A stretch of 64,000 nucleotides of DNA from Okamejei kenojei (Eukaryota), in contig CM069134.1 of NCBI GenBank assembly GCA_035221665.1, forward strand, positions 121,458,001-121,522,000, in the 5' to 3' direction. A program made the position numbers and the translations under genes. Positions within the stretch are counted from its first letter, which is position 1; each line of letters starts with the position of its first letter. The notes beneath the pieces were generated by a model that worked only from the letters and a program-made list of their open reading frames with translations, was not told the DNA's origin and did not search any database. Shown here piece by piece: positions 1 through 12,262 of the stretch.

Positions 1-1499
1 TGGCAGCAACTCTACCAGCTGCACCATTGTGCTGCCCAGATATGCATCAAACAGGCCAAAATTAAACTCACTGTTTCAACACGTTTGTTTACCGTTCAAT
101 CCATCCATTTGCCAGCTTCCAGATCTTCAAAGATATACAATACAATACAAAGAATACAAAAGAGTGTACTTCAATTTTGTGCAGTTAAACATTTTCTTGA
201 TCTCATATCTGTATCCTCTCTTTGCCAGTTCTTAATTGAAGCACAATATTTTTTACAGCAGTGGGAAAAAATGGATACAGTGCAACATTGTGCTAAGAAA
301 AGTGTAGGCTAGTCATTTAAACAACGTGAGGTAAAGTTTAGAAAAGAGCAGTAAACAGATATGTGTGCATCTTATGGATAATTACATGAAGAGGGAATGA
401 TTTGTTTTGTGGAGAGCTGCAACTACATCTTAATAAATTATGCAATCCATGAGATAACCTTACCATTGTTACAAAGTAACATGACTTGTGGAATGAATTG
501 CTTGACTGAAGGGACATACCGTAGTTGCAAGTTTCGTAGTTCAATGCTAATCAGGTCAGAAACCCAACCCCTCCCCCCACCCCCCACCTTCCCCCTCTCG
601 CCCACCTTCCCTCTCCCTCCAACAGTGGTGCCTCGGGCTATCGTATGTACTGTCAATGCGATGTACCATTCAATAAATCAACATTGACAGCATTTCCCTC
701 TTCCTGTAGCATCTATAGACTGAGGGGAACTATTACAGTAGAGACTGCTCTAAATCGAGGGCCCACCATCTCAAGGTAATCAGACTCAACAATAAATTTT
801 GCCTCATTCGTTTTTCCAAATTTTAAAAAGTTTGATTCATAAACCGGCGCGAGAAGCCATCAGTACTTTTACATTATACCACTGATGAGTACAAAATGGG
901 CTGTTTGCTGTTAAATTCTATGTGCAGTTGGGAATACAGGCACTTTAAGTGCAGCACGAACTGTCATGCGCACAGTCAGTAATTCATTGTGGTGTGTCTT
1001 TTTGTTTTTTTAACATTCTTCACAGCTGCTTATGTGAATTCCGTAGGGCCAATGACTATCAATTTCCACAAAAGCCATGGAAAATGTTTGCCCATGTTTT
1101 CTATTGCATGTATATCCTTCCTTGGAGAGAGACAAAACCAGCACAGAATATATCAGGAGTAGTCTTTGTAATTGCAATTTAAATGCCAATTCTTATGTCC
1201 TCTTGCAGTAAATGCCAACATACCATTTACCTTTCTAATTATTTGCTGTACCTGACCATTAACATTTAGTGATTTGTGTACAAAGTTTACCCAGATCTCT
1301 CTGAACGCCAATATTTTTCAAGCTCTCACCATTTTTAAATGTATTTTAGATGGGTGATTTGACTTTTTTTAAATTTGGGTTTCATATTCTTCCTCACTTT
1401 TGCATAAACCTTTGTATCTTCCTCATAATGTACGGCATTATTCTAAGCTCACTTTAAGCGCAAGAACAACAGGGCATTGACATCTGTCCCATCAGATTC

Positions 1500-1930
1500 A
1501 AGTGCATTTGATGAGCACTGGGCCTCCACTCGCTGGAGTTTAGAAGTTTGAGGGGGGACCACATTGAAACTTACAGAATAATGAAAGGCAGAGATAGAAT
1601 GGATGTGGAAAGAATGTTACCACTGGTGGGAGAGTCCAGGACCAGAGGTCATAGGCTCAGAATTAAAGGGCGATCTTTTAGACAGGAGGTGAGGAGGAAC
1701 TTCTTTAGTCAGAGGGTTGTTAATCTGTCAAACTCATTGCCACAGTGGTCTATAGAGGCCAAGTCAGTGAATATTTTTATGGCAGAGATAAGCAAATTCT
1801 TGATTAGAACGGGTGTCGGGGATTATGGGAAGAAGGCAGGAAAATGGGATTATGAGGCTGCGATCAGCCATGATTGAATGGCGGAGTAGACTCGAAGGGC
1901 CGAATGGCCAAATTCTACTCCCACAACTTG
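1500..1930 (+). mobile_element. CR1/HER1-type LINE 3' fragment
   Basis: ORF 1548..1877 RGDHIETYRIMKG...SRTRGH...FFSQRVVNL is a CR1 ORF2 C-terminus; 3' UTR atcagccatgattgaatggc...gggccgaatggcc. Confidence 0.85.
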
Positions 1931-2446
1931 TGAAGTGTGCCTCTTCCCACGGAAGATGCCTTTGATACAAACAGTTTAACTTTAGAGTTTTAACGTTTTA
2001 CAGTCATCCAGAATTTTATATTAAATTGTGTTTATGTATGTTTCGGTCGATGTTCCCGTGATGTTGCTGCAAATGTTTCATTATACCTGCACCTTACCAT
2101 TTAACAAACTCATCTTGACTTGACGGTTTTCTAAAACAGGTTATCTGTTTTTCTACAGTGTTCTGAACAGTATTTATAATCTCAGTGCACCAAATTATGT
2201 AGTCATTGTTTGTGGGAGTAATTGTTCGTCATGGTTGTAACATGTTTAGGATCATAGTAAATATATGATGGTTACTGTAAAAAGCTAAGAAGATGCTATT
2301 CTCTTTTAAAGAACAGGATGGCAAAACATTTTATGAAAATAATACAATTAACTCCATCGATATGACAACAGAAATAAATAAGTAGATATGTAACAGTATC
2401 TGTAATGCTTAATTTTCCTTCTTTGCAGGCTAAAGTTGCATGGGAC

Positions 2447-2504
2447 ATGGCCACAACTTGTTCAAGTAACAATCAAAATGGAAGATCACAGTTGCACGTA
2501 ACTG
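2447..2504 (+). CDS. WWP1: WWP1 coding exon 1 (MATTCSSNNQNGRSQLHVT); exon acceptor at 2429
   Basis: ttcctt ctttgcag|GC, strong Kozak gacATGG, donor G|gtatgt; 58 nt, phase 1. Confidence 0.9.
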
Positions 2505-4107
2505 GTATGTTGTTTTCTCTCCATGATAATTTTACTTAAAACTACACCGGAATGTATGAAGAGGCATTCTTGTCATGAGAATTGTTGAAATAAAGTTTTC
2601 ATTAAAAAATTAGATTTTTAATAATATTTGATGATTTATATTCTCCTGTTGCAACGTGGTCTTGAATCACAGAACATTTACGATGTTTAATTGGGAAGAT
2701 GTCAAGTAGTTTAAGTAACATCTTTAATGGTACTCCCTTGGCATTTCATATAACTAAGTTGCTAAATGAAAAAGCTTTAAAATAAAGTTCTTAAAGTGTA
2801 TTTGCATCTGTAATTAAATATCCCAAACGTATAGTAAATGGAAATATTTTTAAACCCTTCTGGATAAATGTTGAGGATGGGTGTGTTTTGAAGAGTTTTG
2901 TCACTTTATTTTGTTTTAAATTGGTGATTTTTCTTTTAGTTTTCATTTGATCATTTCAGCCTCGATCATTTTGTTGTGATTTTTAACTTTTTGTAGATTT
3001 TGGTCCAAAGGTGAGACATGAAGAAACCAGAGTTTGATTTTACAGAATCATTGTGGAAGAATACAACATGCGTTTTAATGATGTCCCATAATTCTAGCTG
3101 GATTACATCACTGTTGTAAAATTCCTAGTTCTCATGCACGTAGCAGCCTGCTTGTTAGGTACCATATCCACCACCAATGCACAGTAGCAGCTGTGAGTAA
3201 CATCTACAGGATGTACTGCAGCAACTTACCATGACTCCTTAGAAAGCACCTTCCATGCCTATGTCCTCTACAGCTAGCAGAACAAGGGCAGCAAAAGCAC
3301 AGTAAAGGATAGCACTCCAAAGTAGATTTGGGGGGGAAAAGGCACAAGAACCTGGACATAACTTTCCTATTGGGTTGTGGCATTGATTATGAGATATGGG
3401 GTATGGTGAGAGGGCACTTTTACTTAGACCATAACCTGCACAATTGGAATGTATGATCCCAAGTTTCAATGAATGTAGAGTGCCTTCCTAACAATATGAT
3501 GCTCATTGCTTTACGGTGGTGAATCAGATGACTGTGTTCCAAATAGATTATCAAATCCATTATCTCTAATGCCACGCAACTTTAAGATTGTCTGTAATTT
3601 GACATTAACATTGAACACGATCATTTAACAGGTGATAATTACAAGTTGTGCGACTTGTTAACAGTTCTTCCATAACGTTGTCGACCATTAACGCTGTCAA
3701 TAAATTTGCACATGACCTGTTCATCAAGTGCAATTATGGTGTCATTGGACGTACACTTATTGCCAATTAGAGAATAAATATCTTTGGTCCGTGCAAACTA
3801 AAACCATGTAAACCAGCAACTGAAAAATTAATGACAGAGAAAAGTAAAATTGAAGTTTTGACAAGTATTTCAAAACTTTTATATGTGTCGAAGTTGATGA
3901 AGGCAGAGCAGTAGACCTGGTTTCCATGGACTTTAGCAGGGCTTTTGACTCAGTCCTGCAAGATAAGCTGATCCAGAGGCTTCAAGCTCATGGGATCCAA
4001 GGTTTGTTGACAAACTGGTTATATTATGCAGAGATAGTAGTGGAGGGTTTTTTCTTCTGACTGGAAGTCTGCAATCATCGGTCAGGGATAGACGCTGAGA
4101 CCCTCTA

Positions 4108-4770
4108 TTGTGAAGAAAGCAAATGGTATGTTAGCATTCATAGCAAAAGGATTTGAGTATAGGAGCAGGGAGGTTCTACTGCAGTTGTACAGGGTTTTGG
4201 TGAGACCACACCTGGAGTATTGCGTACAGTTTTGGTCTCCAACTCTGAGAAAATACATTCTTGCCATAGAGGGGGTACAGAGAAGGTTCACCAGACTGAT
4301 TCCTGGGATGTCAGGACTTTCATATGAGGAAAGACTGGATAGACTTGGCTTGTACTCGCTAGAATTTAGAAGACTGAGGGGGGATCTTATAGAAACTTAC
4401 AAAATTCTTAAGGGGTTGGATAGGCTAGATGCAGGAAGATTGTTCCCGATGTTGGGGAGGTCCAGAACAAGGGGTCACAGTCTAAGGATAGGGGGGGATT
4501 CCTTTAGGACCTAGATGAGGAAAACATTTTTCACACAGAGAGTGGTGAGTCTCTGGAATTCTCTGCCACAGAAGGTAGTTGAGACCAGTTCATTGGCTAT
4601 ATTTAAGAGGGAGTTAGATGTGGCCCTTGTGGCTAAAGGGATCAGGGGGTATGGAGAGAAGGCAGGTACAGGATACTGAGTTGGATGATCAGCCATGATC
4701 ATATTGAATGGCGGTGCAGGCTCGAAGGGCCGAATGGCCTACTCCTGCACCTATTTTCTATGTTTCTATG
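4108..4770 (+). mobile_element. Young CR1/HER1 LINE, 5'-truncated
   Basis: ORF 4110..4514 KKANGMLAFI...[15 protein letters not shown]...; ends in the tttctatgtttctatg octamer tail. Confidence 0.93.
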
Positions 4771-5467
4771 CCACATAAATGAGTTGGATGAAAATGGACT
4801 GATTAGTGAGTTTAATGATGACACAAAAATTGGTGGAGAGCCAGACAGTGAATAAAGTTGTAAAAGGATACAGAGGGTTGGGCAGTGATAGAAACATTTA
4901 ATTTAATCCACACCAGTGACAGGTGATGCATTATGGGATGTCAAATACTATTGGAGTGTGTACAGAACAAGGAGCTACTGAGAGTAGATGTTGGATTGCA
5001 AGTTCATAACTTCCTGAAAATAACGAAACAGGTGGATGGGGTAATGAAGAAGACATTTGGCATGCTTACTTTTGTTGGTTGAAGCTTAAAGTATAATTGG
5101 GATGTTGAGTTGCAGCTGTATGAAACATTGGTTAGTACACACTTAGATTAATTATAATGTACAGTCCTGGTTGTCTCAGTACAGGATAGATATGGTAGCA
5201 TGAAAAAGAATGCTGAAGAATTTCACCAGTATTTTATCTGGAATGGAAGGCTGTAGTCATAAGGAGAGATTGATGGGTTGGGTATAATATCTCTGGATCA
5301 TAGGAGTGAACTATATAAAGTAAGATGGAGTAGATAGAGTAGATAGTCAGAGTCTTTTTTCTTGGCCAGAGGTGGGGGTGTACGGAGGGCGTCTAAAGAC
5401 CTGGGGATACAATTACAGCATTTAAAAGGCATTTGGACAGGTTCTTGGAGAGGAAAAGAGTAGTCGC

Positions 5468-6035
5468 TCAAGTCAAGTCAAGTCACTTTTATTTCGATTG
5501 CACATTTAAAAAACAACTCTCGTTGACCAAAGTGCTTTTGCATTGGTGGAGGTACTAACGTTATACAACAGTGGTTCATAGATTAAGTGCATACATAAAT
5601 ACATACATGTAGCCCTCCCTCAGAGGACGTCAAGAAAGGCTTGAGAGTAAAGATGAGTTTTAAGTCTCGACTTAAAAGAGTTGATGGAAGGGGCAGTTCT
5701 GATGGGAAGAGGGATGCTGTTCCACAGTCTAGGAGATGCAACTGCAAAGGCGCGGTCGCCCCTGAGCTAATGCCTAGACCGCGGGATGGTCAGTAACCCC
5801 AAGTCGGCCGATCTGAGGGACCTGGAGGAGGTGTGGTGGGTAAGCAGACATTTGATGTAGGTGGGGGCAAGCCCGTTAAGGGCTTTGTAAACATAAAGAA
5901 TGATCTTAAAATTTATTCAGAACCGCACAGGGAGCCAGTGGAGGGAGGCCAGAATCGATGTGATGTGGTCCCCTTTTCGGGTGCCCGTCAGGATTCTCGC
6001 TGTGGCGTTTTGGACCAATTGCAGACGGGACAGTA
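5468..6035 (-). mobile_element. L2-clade LINE 3' fragment
   Basis: Minus strand reads RGDRAFAVASPRLWNSIP...FKSRLKTHL, followed by a (TTGAC)n tail. Confidence 0.8.
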
Positions 6036-7169
6036 AGGGATACGGACCAAATACGGGCAAATGGAATTAGCATAGATGGGCATAAAAACTTGCATGGATG
6101 AGTTAGGCTGGAGGGTCTGTTTCTGTGTTGTAAAACTCTGGCTCATTATCACTAAATTACTCGATGGCCTAGGTGACATTAATTGGTGCTTATGAAAATA
6201 TCTGCTTTTAATTTTAATGTGATTAATGTCTTAAACATTTTTTTTAAGTATTAATTTTAACATTAGTTCTTTTAGAGTAGATAGTTAAATGAATATCATT
6301 AAATAGACTAAAATAATCTTAACAATTTATTTTGTTGAAACTTTATTGCTTTTTATACACAACCCAACTTCGGCATGTATATTTTTGTAATAATCAGTTT
6401 AATCATATAGATTATAAATAGCAATATATTTTAATGTAGGTCATGACTGCAGTGAATGGAATTGAGTGGATCACCTTGCAAGTCCCAAATCACAATGTTG
6501 ATGCACCTACAGAGTGTTTCTGGGTGTAATTATCTGCTGCTGATATTTGAGAACCTCAGTTTTTCGAGGAACATTGTGGTGCTGAATTATCTTACAAATA
6601 AATGTGCGCAGACCAGAAATGAACATACTATGCAAATTCAATGTGTATATGAAGCGGCAAAACACACAACAAAGTTAATAGAATGCTAGTTTCTTATTTT
6701 ATTTCTTAAATATTAATAATTTATTCATGTTAAATAATATATAAATGATTTAGATGAAGGGATTACAAGTAACATTAGCAAATTTGCAAATGACGCAAAG
6801 CTGGGTGGCAGTGTGAACTGTGAGGAGGATGGTGTGAGAATGCAGGTTGGGTGAGCGGGCAGATGCATGGCAGATGCAGTTTAATGTGGATAAATGTGAG
6901 ATCCACTTTGGTAGCAAAAAGAGGCAGGCAGATTATTATCTAAATCGTGTCAAGTTGGAAAAAGGGGAAGTACAATGGGATCTGGGGGTCCTTGTTCATC
7001 AGTCAATGAAAGTAAGCATGCAGGTGTAGCAGGCAGTGAAGAAAGCAAATGGCATGTTGAGTATAGATGCAAAGAGGTCCTTCTGCAGTTGTACAGGGCC
7101 CTAGTGAGACCACACCTGAAGTATTGTGTGTAGTTTTGGTCTCCAAATTTGAGGAAGGACATTCCTGCC

Positions 7170-7980
7170 CAAAGTCAAAGTCAAATTTATTCGTCACATG
7201 CACCAACTAAGGTACAGTGAAATGAATTTGCCATGCAGCAATACACTTAAAAAAAGAACACACAGTACACAATAGAATTGAACACAAACATCCACCACAG
7301 TATTCTTCACTTTGATGGAAGGCAACAAAGTTTCAGTCAGTCCTCCTCCTTTTGTTCTTCCGTGGTTGGGGCCATGAACTCTCCGTAATCGCCACTACGG
7401 ACGGCCGGATGTACAGGCCCTCTCGTCGGGTTGATCGAAACTCCGACGTCGGGACGGTCGGACACACTCCGTGGCTTGGATTGCCCGAATCGGCACTTTC
7501 CTACCGGAGACCGCAGCTTCAGGACATTGTAGGCTGCATGCCGGCGGTCGGAGCTCTTCTCCGGTGATTCCCCGCAAGGGACCCCAGACTTCGGATGGTA
7601 AGTCTACGCCATGCCTGCGTCTGGAAGCTCCGCAGACCACAGCCCCATGATGCCAGTCACCAGACCAACGATGGGAGCACTCCTCTTTGGCGACCCCGGC
7701 AGGAGTTCGCCCCCGCTCGGCGATGGAAAAGTCCACGCTGCGCCTGCTGCTGAAGTGAGAGGGGAGGCGGAGAAACGACATGGAAAAAGTCGCCTCCATC
7801 GAGAAAATGACTGAAAAGACGATTTGCCCCTCCCCACCCACCACCCCCCCACATAAGACAGACCAAAAGACACTAAATCAAACATTTGGACAACAAAAAT
7901 AAGTTGAAATAACGAACACGCTGCTGGCAGGGCAGCCGAATCGCAGCGCCCCTTCCTTGATGAGACGCACCTATTGCTGA
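7170..7980 (-). mobile_element. Unclassified GC-rich non-autonomous retroelement with a Rex1-like 3' tail
   Basis: Minus strand ends ...atttcactgtacc...gtgacgaataaa(tttgac)n like the Rex fragments here; interrupts CR1 at attcctgc|..|gattgaggg. Confidence 0.55.
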
Positions 7981-8243
7981 TATGCTGCACTCCCTGCGAT
8001 TGAGGGAGTGCAGCGTAGGTTCACAAGGTTAATTCCCGCGATGGCGGGAATGTCATATGCTGTGAGAATGGAGCGGCTGGGCTTCTATACTCTGGAATTT
8101 AGAAGGATGAGAGGATATCTTATTGAAGCATATAAGATTATTAAGGAGTTTGACACGGTAGAGGCAGGAAACGTGTTTCCGATGTTGGGGAAGTCCAGAA
8201 CCAGGGGGCCACAGTTTAAGAATAAGGGGTGAGCCATATAGAA

Positions 8244-8890
8244 CAGAGATGATGAACCAAGTGTCCCGGATTCGCCGTATTTTATCCCGGCGAAATAACC
8301 TTTTTACGGTGTTCCGGCAGCCAAACATGCTGTTACGCAACACCGCCGCGCCGGTGTTCCTCCCGTGGTGAACGCCGCGCCATGTGTCCCCGGTTTGCCG
8401 CCCGCGCGATCAGCGCACTTTGCCGGGCCCTAGTGTCCGCGCCTGCGCAGTTGGGGAGGTTGCCGGGCCCCAGTGTCCGCGCCTGCGCAGTTGGGGAGGG
8501 TTGCCGGGCCCCAGTGGCCGCGCGTGCGCAGTGGGGGAGGGTTGCCGGGCCTGGCGCCATTTCGAGCCACGCCACGCCCGGCCCAAAGCCCGGGCGGCGC
8601 CGGCCCGCGCGATCAGCGGCAGCCGCCAGCCGGGCCGCTCGCGGCAGCCCCATCACCGGGCCTCCCCCCCCACCCCCACCCAGTGCGCATGCGCAGACCC
8701 GCCGGCAACCTTGCCAAGTGCGCATGTGCCGCACCCGCCCGCCGGCAGCCCGCTGATCTGCACCAGTGCGCAGGCGCAGACCAGCCGGCAACAACCCCAA
8801 GTGAGTACGGAGAGAAATGCATTTAACCCCATTTGTTACGGACAAATGGTTGAATGTTACTGTGAACTAAATTTAGGGTTGGCATCTCTG
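8244..8890. mobile_element. GC/CpG-rich insertion with internal ~41-bp tandem repeats; probable non-autonomous DNA transposon
   Basis: Termini cagagatg...catctctg; flanking direct repeat catatagaa (8235-8243 / 8891-8899). Confidence 0.6.
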
Positions 8891-9359
8891 CATATAGAAT
8901 GGAGATGATGAAACACTTTTTCACAGAGAGTTGTGAGTCTGTGGAATTTTCTGCCTCAGAAGGCGGTGGAGGCCGGTTCTCTGGATACTTTAAAGAGAGA
9001 GCTAGATAGGGCTCTTAAAGATAGCGGAGTTAGGGGATATGGGGAGAAGGCAGGAACGGGGTACTGTTTGTGGATTATCAGCCATGATCACATTGAATGG
9101 TGGTGCTGGCTTGAAGGGCGAATGGCCTACTCCAGCACCTATTGTCTATTGTCTAAACAACACATATTAGATTAGAATAGATTATTGTCCTATAAACTAG
9201 ATGCAATGAAATACCTTGTTCATATGAAGCTTATGGAGTAAACAGTATACAAATAGTCATAATAAATACAACAATAACTGCAAAGACGAGGGCAAAACAG
9301 CAGGATGGTGCAAGATTGCAGTGCAAAATCCAAGTCATGCTAAATATTAAAGTATAATA

Positions 9360-10895
9360 ATGTAAAGCGCCTGGACCTGATGGTATATCTAGTCGTGTTC
9401 TAAAAACCTGTGTGGACCAACTGGCTGGAGCTTTTACGGACATTTTCAACCTGTCACTTCTGAGGTCTGAGGTTCCCACCTGCTTCAAAAGGGCATCAAT
9501 AATACCGGTGCCCAAGAAGAGCAAGGTGACATGCCTCAATGACTATCGACCAGTGGCACTAACGCCTGTGGTGATGAAGTGCTTTGAGAGGTTGATCATG
9601 GCGCAAATCAACTCCTACCTCGACAAAAACCTGGACCCACTGCAGTTCGCTTACCGCCACAACAGATCAACGGTGGATGCGATCTCGCTAGCCCTCCACT
9701 CCGCTCTGGACCACCAGGACAACAAAAACTCATATGTCAGGCTGTTATTCATCGATTACAGCTCGGCATTTAACACAATCATCCCCTCCAAGCTGGTTAC
9801 CAAACTCGCAGAACTATGCGCATCACTCTGCAATTGGATCCTCTACTTCCTCATTCACAGACCACAGTCTGTTCGTATTGGTGGAAATGTGTCAGACTCG
9901 ATAACAATCAGCACGGGAGCACCTTAAGGCTGCGTGCTCAGCCCCCTGCTGTACTCACTCTATACTCATGACTGCGTAGCCGGTCATAGTGCGAACTCCA
10001 TCATCAAGTTCGCTGACGACACCACTGCTGTGGGACGTATCACTGATGGGGATGAGTCAGAGTATAGAAGAGAGATCGAGCGACTGTCCATATGGTGCCA
10101 GCACAATAACCTGGCCCTCAACACCAGCAAAACCAAGGAACTGATTGTGGACTTTGGAAGGAGTAGGATGGGGACCCACAGTCCTGTTTAAATCAACAGG
10201 ATTTAACAGGATGGTTGAAAGGGTCAAGAGCTTCAAATTCCTGGGTTGGCACATCTCTGTATATCTTTCCTGGTCTGAGAACACAGATGCAATTATTAAG
10301 AAAGCTCATCAGCGCCTCTACTTCCTGAGAAGATTACGGAGAGTCGGTTTGTCAAGGAGGACTCTCTCTAACTTCTACAGGTGCACAGTAGAGAGCTTGC
10401 TGACCGGTTGCATTGTGGCTTGGTTCGGCAACATGAGCGCCCTGGAGAGGAAAAGACTACAAAAAGTAATAAACACTGCCCAGTCCATCATCGGCTCTGA
10501 TCTCCCTCCCATCGAGGGGATCTATCGCAGTCGCTGCCTCAAAAAGGCTGGCAGCATCATCAAGGACCCGCACCATCCTGGCCACACACTCATCTCCCTG
10601 CTACCTTCAGGTAGAAGGTACAGGAGCCTGAGGACTGCAACGACCCGGTTCAGGAATAGCTACTTCCCCACAACCATCAGGCTATTAAACTTGGCTCGGA
10701 CATAACTCTGAACATTTATACCCCTCCATCTGTTATTTGCACTTTATCAATTTAATTATTCATGTGTGTATTTACGTATATAATGGTATATGGACACATT
10801 GATCTGTTTTGTAGTCAATGCCTACTATGTTCTGTTGTACTGAAGCAAAGAAAGAATTTAATTGCCCTGTCAGGGACACATGACAATAAACTCTT
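9360..10895 (+). mobile_element. Rex1/Babar-clade LINE, RT region to 3' end, with stops and frameshifts
   Basis: APGPDG...[20 protein letters not shown]...[12 protein letters not shown]...KFADDT...KAHQRLYFLRRLRR; ends tgacaataaa. Confidence 0.9.
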
Positions 10896-11026
10896 TTTGA
10901 AAATTTGATTTTGACTTTGGAATAACCAAATGATGTAGAGGTACAGTTGGACAAAACTGACAAATCTGTTAACTACAGAAACGTTGGAGAAGTGTAAAGT
11001 TGGAGAAGTTACAGGCTCCATGGAAG

Positions 11027-11052
11027 GAGAGAGAGAGAGAGAGAGAGAGAGG
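11027..11052. repeat. (GA)n microsatellite
   Basis: gagagagagagagagagagagaga. Confidence 0.9.
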
Positions 11053-11119
11053 GAAGGTTGCAGCTTAAGACAGATTTGAAAACAAGAATAAACATGTTGT
11101 TATCGGACATTGTTTATCT

Positions 11120-11730
11120 AGGATAGATACAAAATGCTGGAGTAACTCAGCAGGACAGGCAACATCTCTGGAGAGAAGGGTCGAGACCCTTCAGACTGAT
11201 GTGAGGGGAGTGGGAGGTACATAGATAAGGAAGTGCATAGATAACAAAGAGTAAGGTGTGAAAACAGGACAAAGGGAATGGAGATCAAGGAAAATGTAGA
11301 ATAGATCATTGTTAGTCCGGAGAAGGTAACAACAAAGCAAACAGGGATAAAATGTAGTCGGAGACAGTAAGACTGGTTGGAAAACTGGGAAGGGGATGGG
11401 GAGAGAGGGAAAGCTAGTTAGATAAGTCAATGTTTATATCGCTGTGGTGTAAGCTCCCCAAACGGAATATGGGGTGCTGTTCCTCCAATTTGCGCTGGGT
11501 CTCACTTCGACACTGGAGGCCCAGGACAGAAAGGTCAGTGTGGGAATGGGAGGGGGAGTTAAAGTGTTTAGCAACCGGGCGATCAAGTCGGTTTAGGCGG
11601 ACTGGGCGGAGGTATTCAGCCAAACGATCGCCGAGCCTGTGCTTGGTCTCGCCGATATACAGGAGTTGACACCTGGAACAGTGGATACAGTAACTGAGGT
11701 TGGATGAGGTGCAAGTGAACCTCTGCCTAT
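11120..11730 (-). mobile_element. Penelope-like element 3' fragment (GIY-YIG C-terminus and terminus)
   Basis: ORF 11414..11623 PVAKHFNSPSHS...RKLEEQHPIFRLG; terminal ctcagc/ccagcattttg sequence. Confidence 0.85.
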
Positions 11731-11984
11731 CTGTTTATCCAAGCTATCCTAGATCATTCCTCTAGGAGTTGATGTATGTCAGCAAATACAGATACACTTG
11801 AAGAATAGGGTTTGGTTTGATTTAGGATATGGATAGCAGAGTATTGAATGCACTTAAGCTTACAGAGAGTGGAAGATGTGAAGTTGTCCAAAAACGGGAT
11901 GGAACAACCATATTTAAAGGAACTAATTCCAATGATGATTTCAGCTGAGACAGAATGTAGTTGGCAATGTTCTAAGGGTTCAGT

Positions 11985-12262
11985 TTAGAGATACAGCGTG
12001 GAAACAGGCCCTTTGGCCCACGCCGGCCAACGATCCCCGCACTACCCTACACACACTAAGGACAATTTATATTTATACCAAACCAATCAATGTACAATCC
12101 TGTACGTCTTTCGACTCTGAGGGGAAACCGATGATCTCGGAGAAAACCCACGCGGTCACGGGGAGTGAACAAACTCTGTATAGACAGCACCCGTAGTCAG
12201 GATCGAACCAGGTCCCTAGCGCTGTAAGGCAGCAACTCTACCACTGCATCACCATACTGCCC
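11985..12262 (-). mobile_element. HE1-like V-SINE (tRNA-derived head)
   Basis: Reverse complement has A-box ggtagagttgctgcc, B-box ggttcgatcc, central V-domain and gggcctgtttcc..tctctaaac tail. Confidence 0.85.

Larger units (their letters stand above)
3890..6140 (+). mobile_element. Old degenerate CR1 LINE hosting two younger insertions
   Basis: Decayed RT motifs (atggactttagcagggcttttgac = MDFSRAFD; gatgacacaaaaattggtgg = DDTKIG) continue on both sides of the inserts. Confidence 0.7.
6740..9155 (+). mobile_element. CR1 LINE (RT to 3' end) split by two GC-rich insertions
   Basis: ISKFANDAKLGG at about 6775, QRRFTRLIP at 8008, LWNFLPQKAVEA at 8933, 3' tail near 9150. Confidence 0.88.

Noticed and set aside
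565-775. C-rich tract ending ccaacag (possible acceptor at 626, donor at 775; G-quadruplex on - strand)
   Set aside because: Could be a 5' UTR exon but nothing beyond generic splice-like motifs supports it.
8420-8552. Regularly spaced repeats as a CRISPR-like array
   Set aside because: Head-to-tail tandem units with no unique spacers, in a vertebrate intron, with no cas genes.
8333-8908. Several overlapping 120-175 aa ORFs
   Set aside because: Expected from very high GC and tandem repeats; Arg/Ala/Pro-rich with no domain motif.
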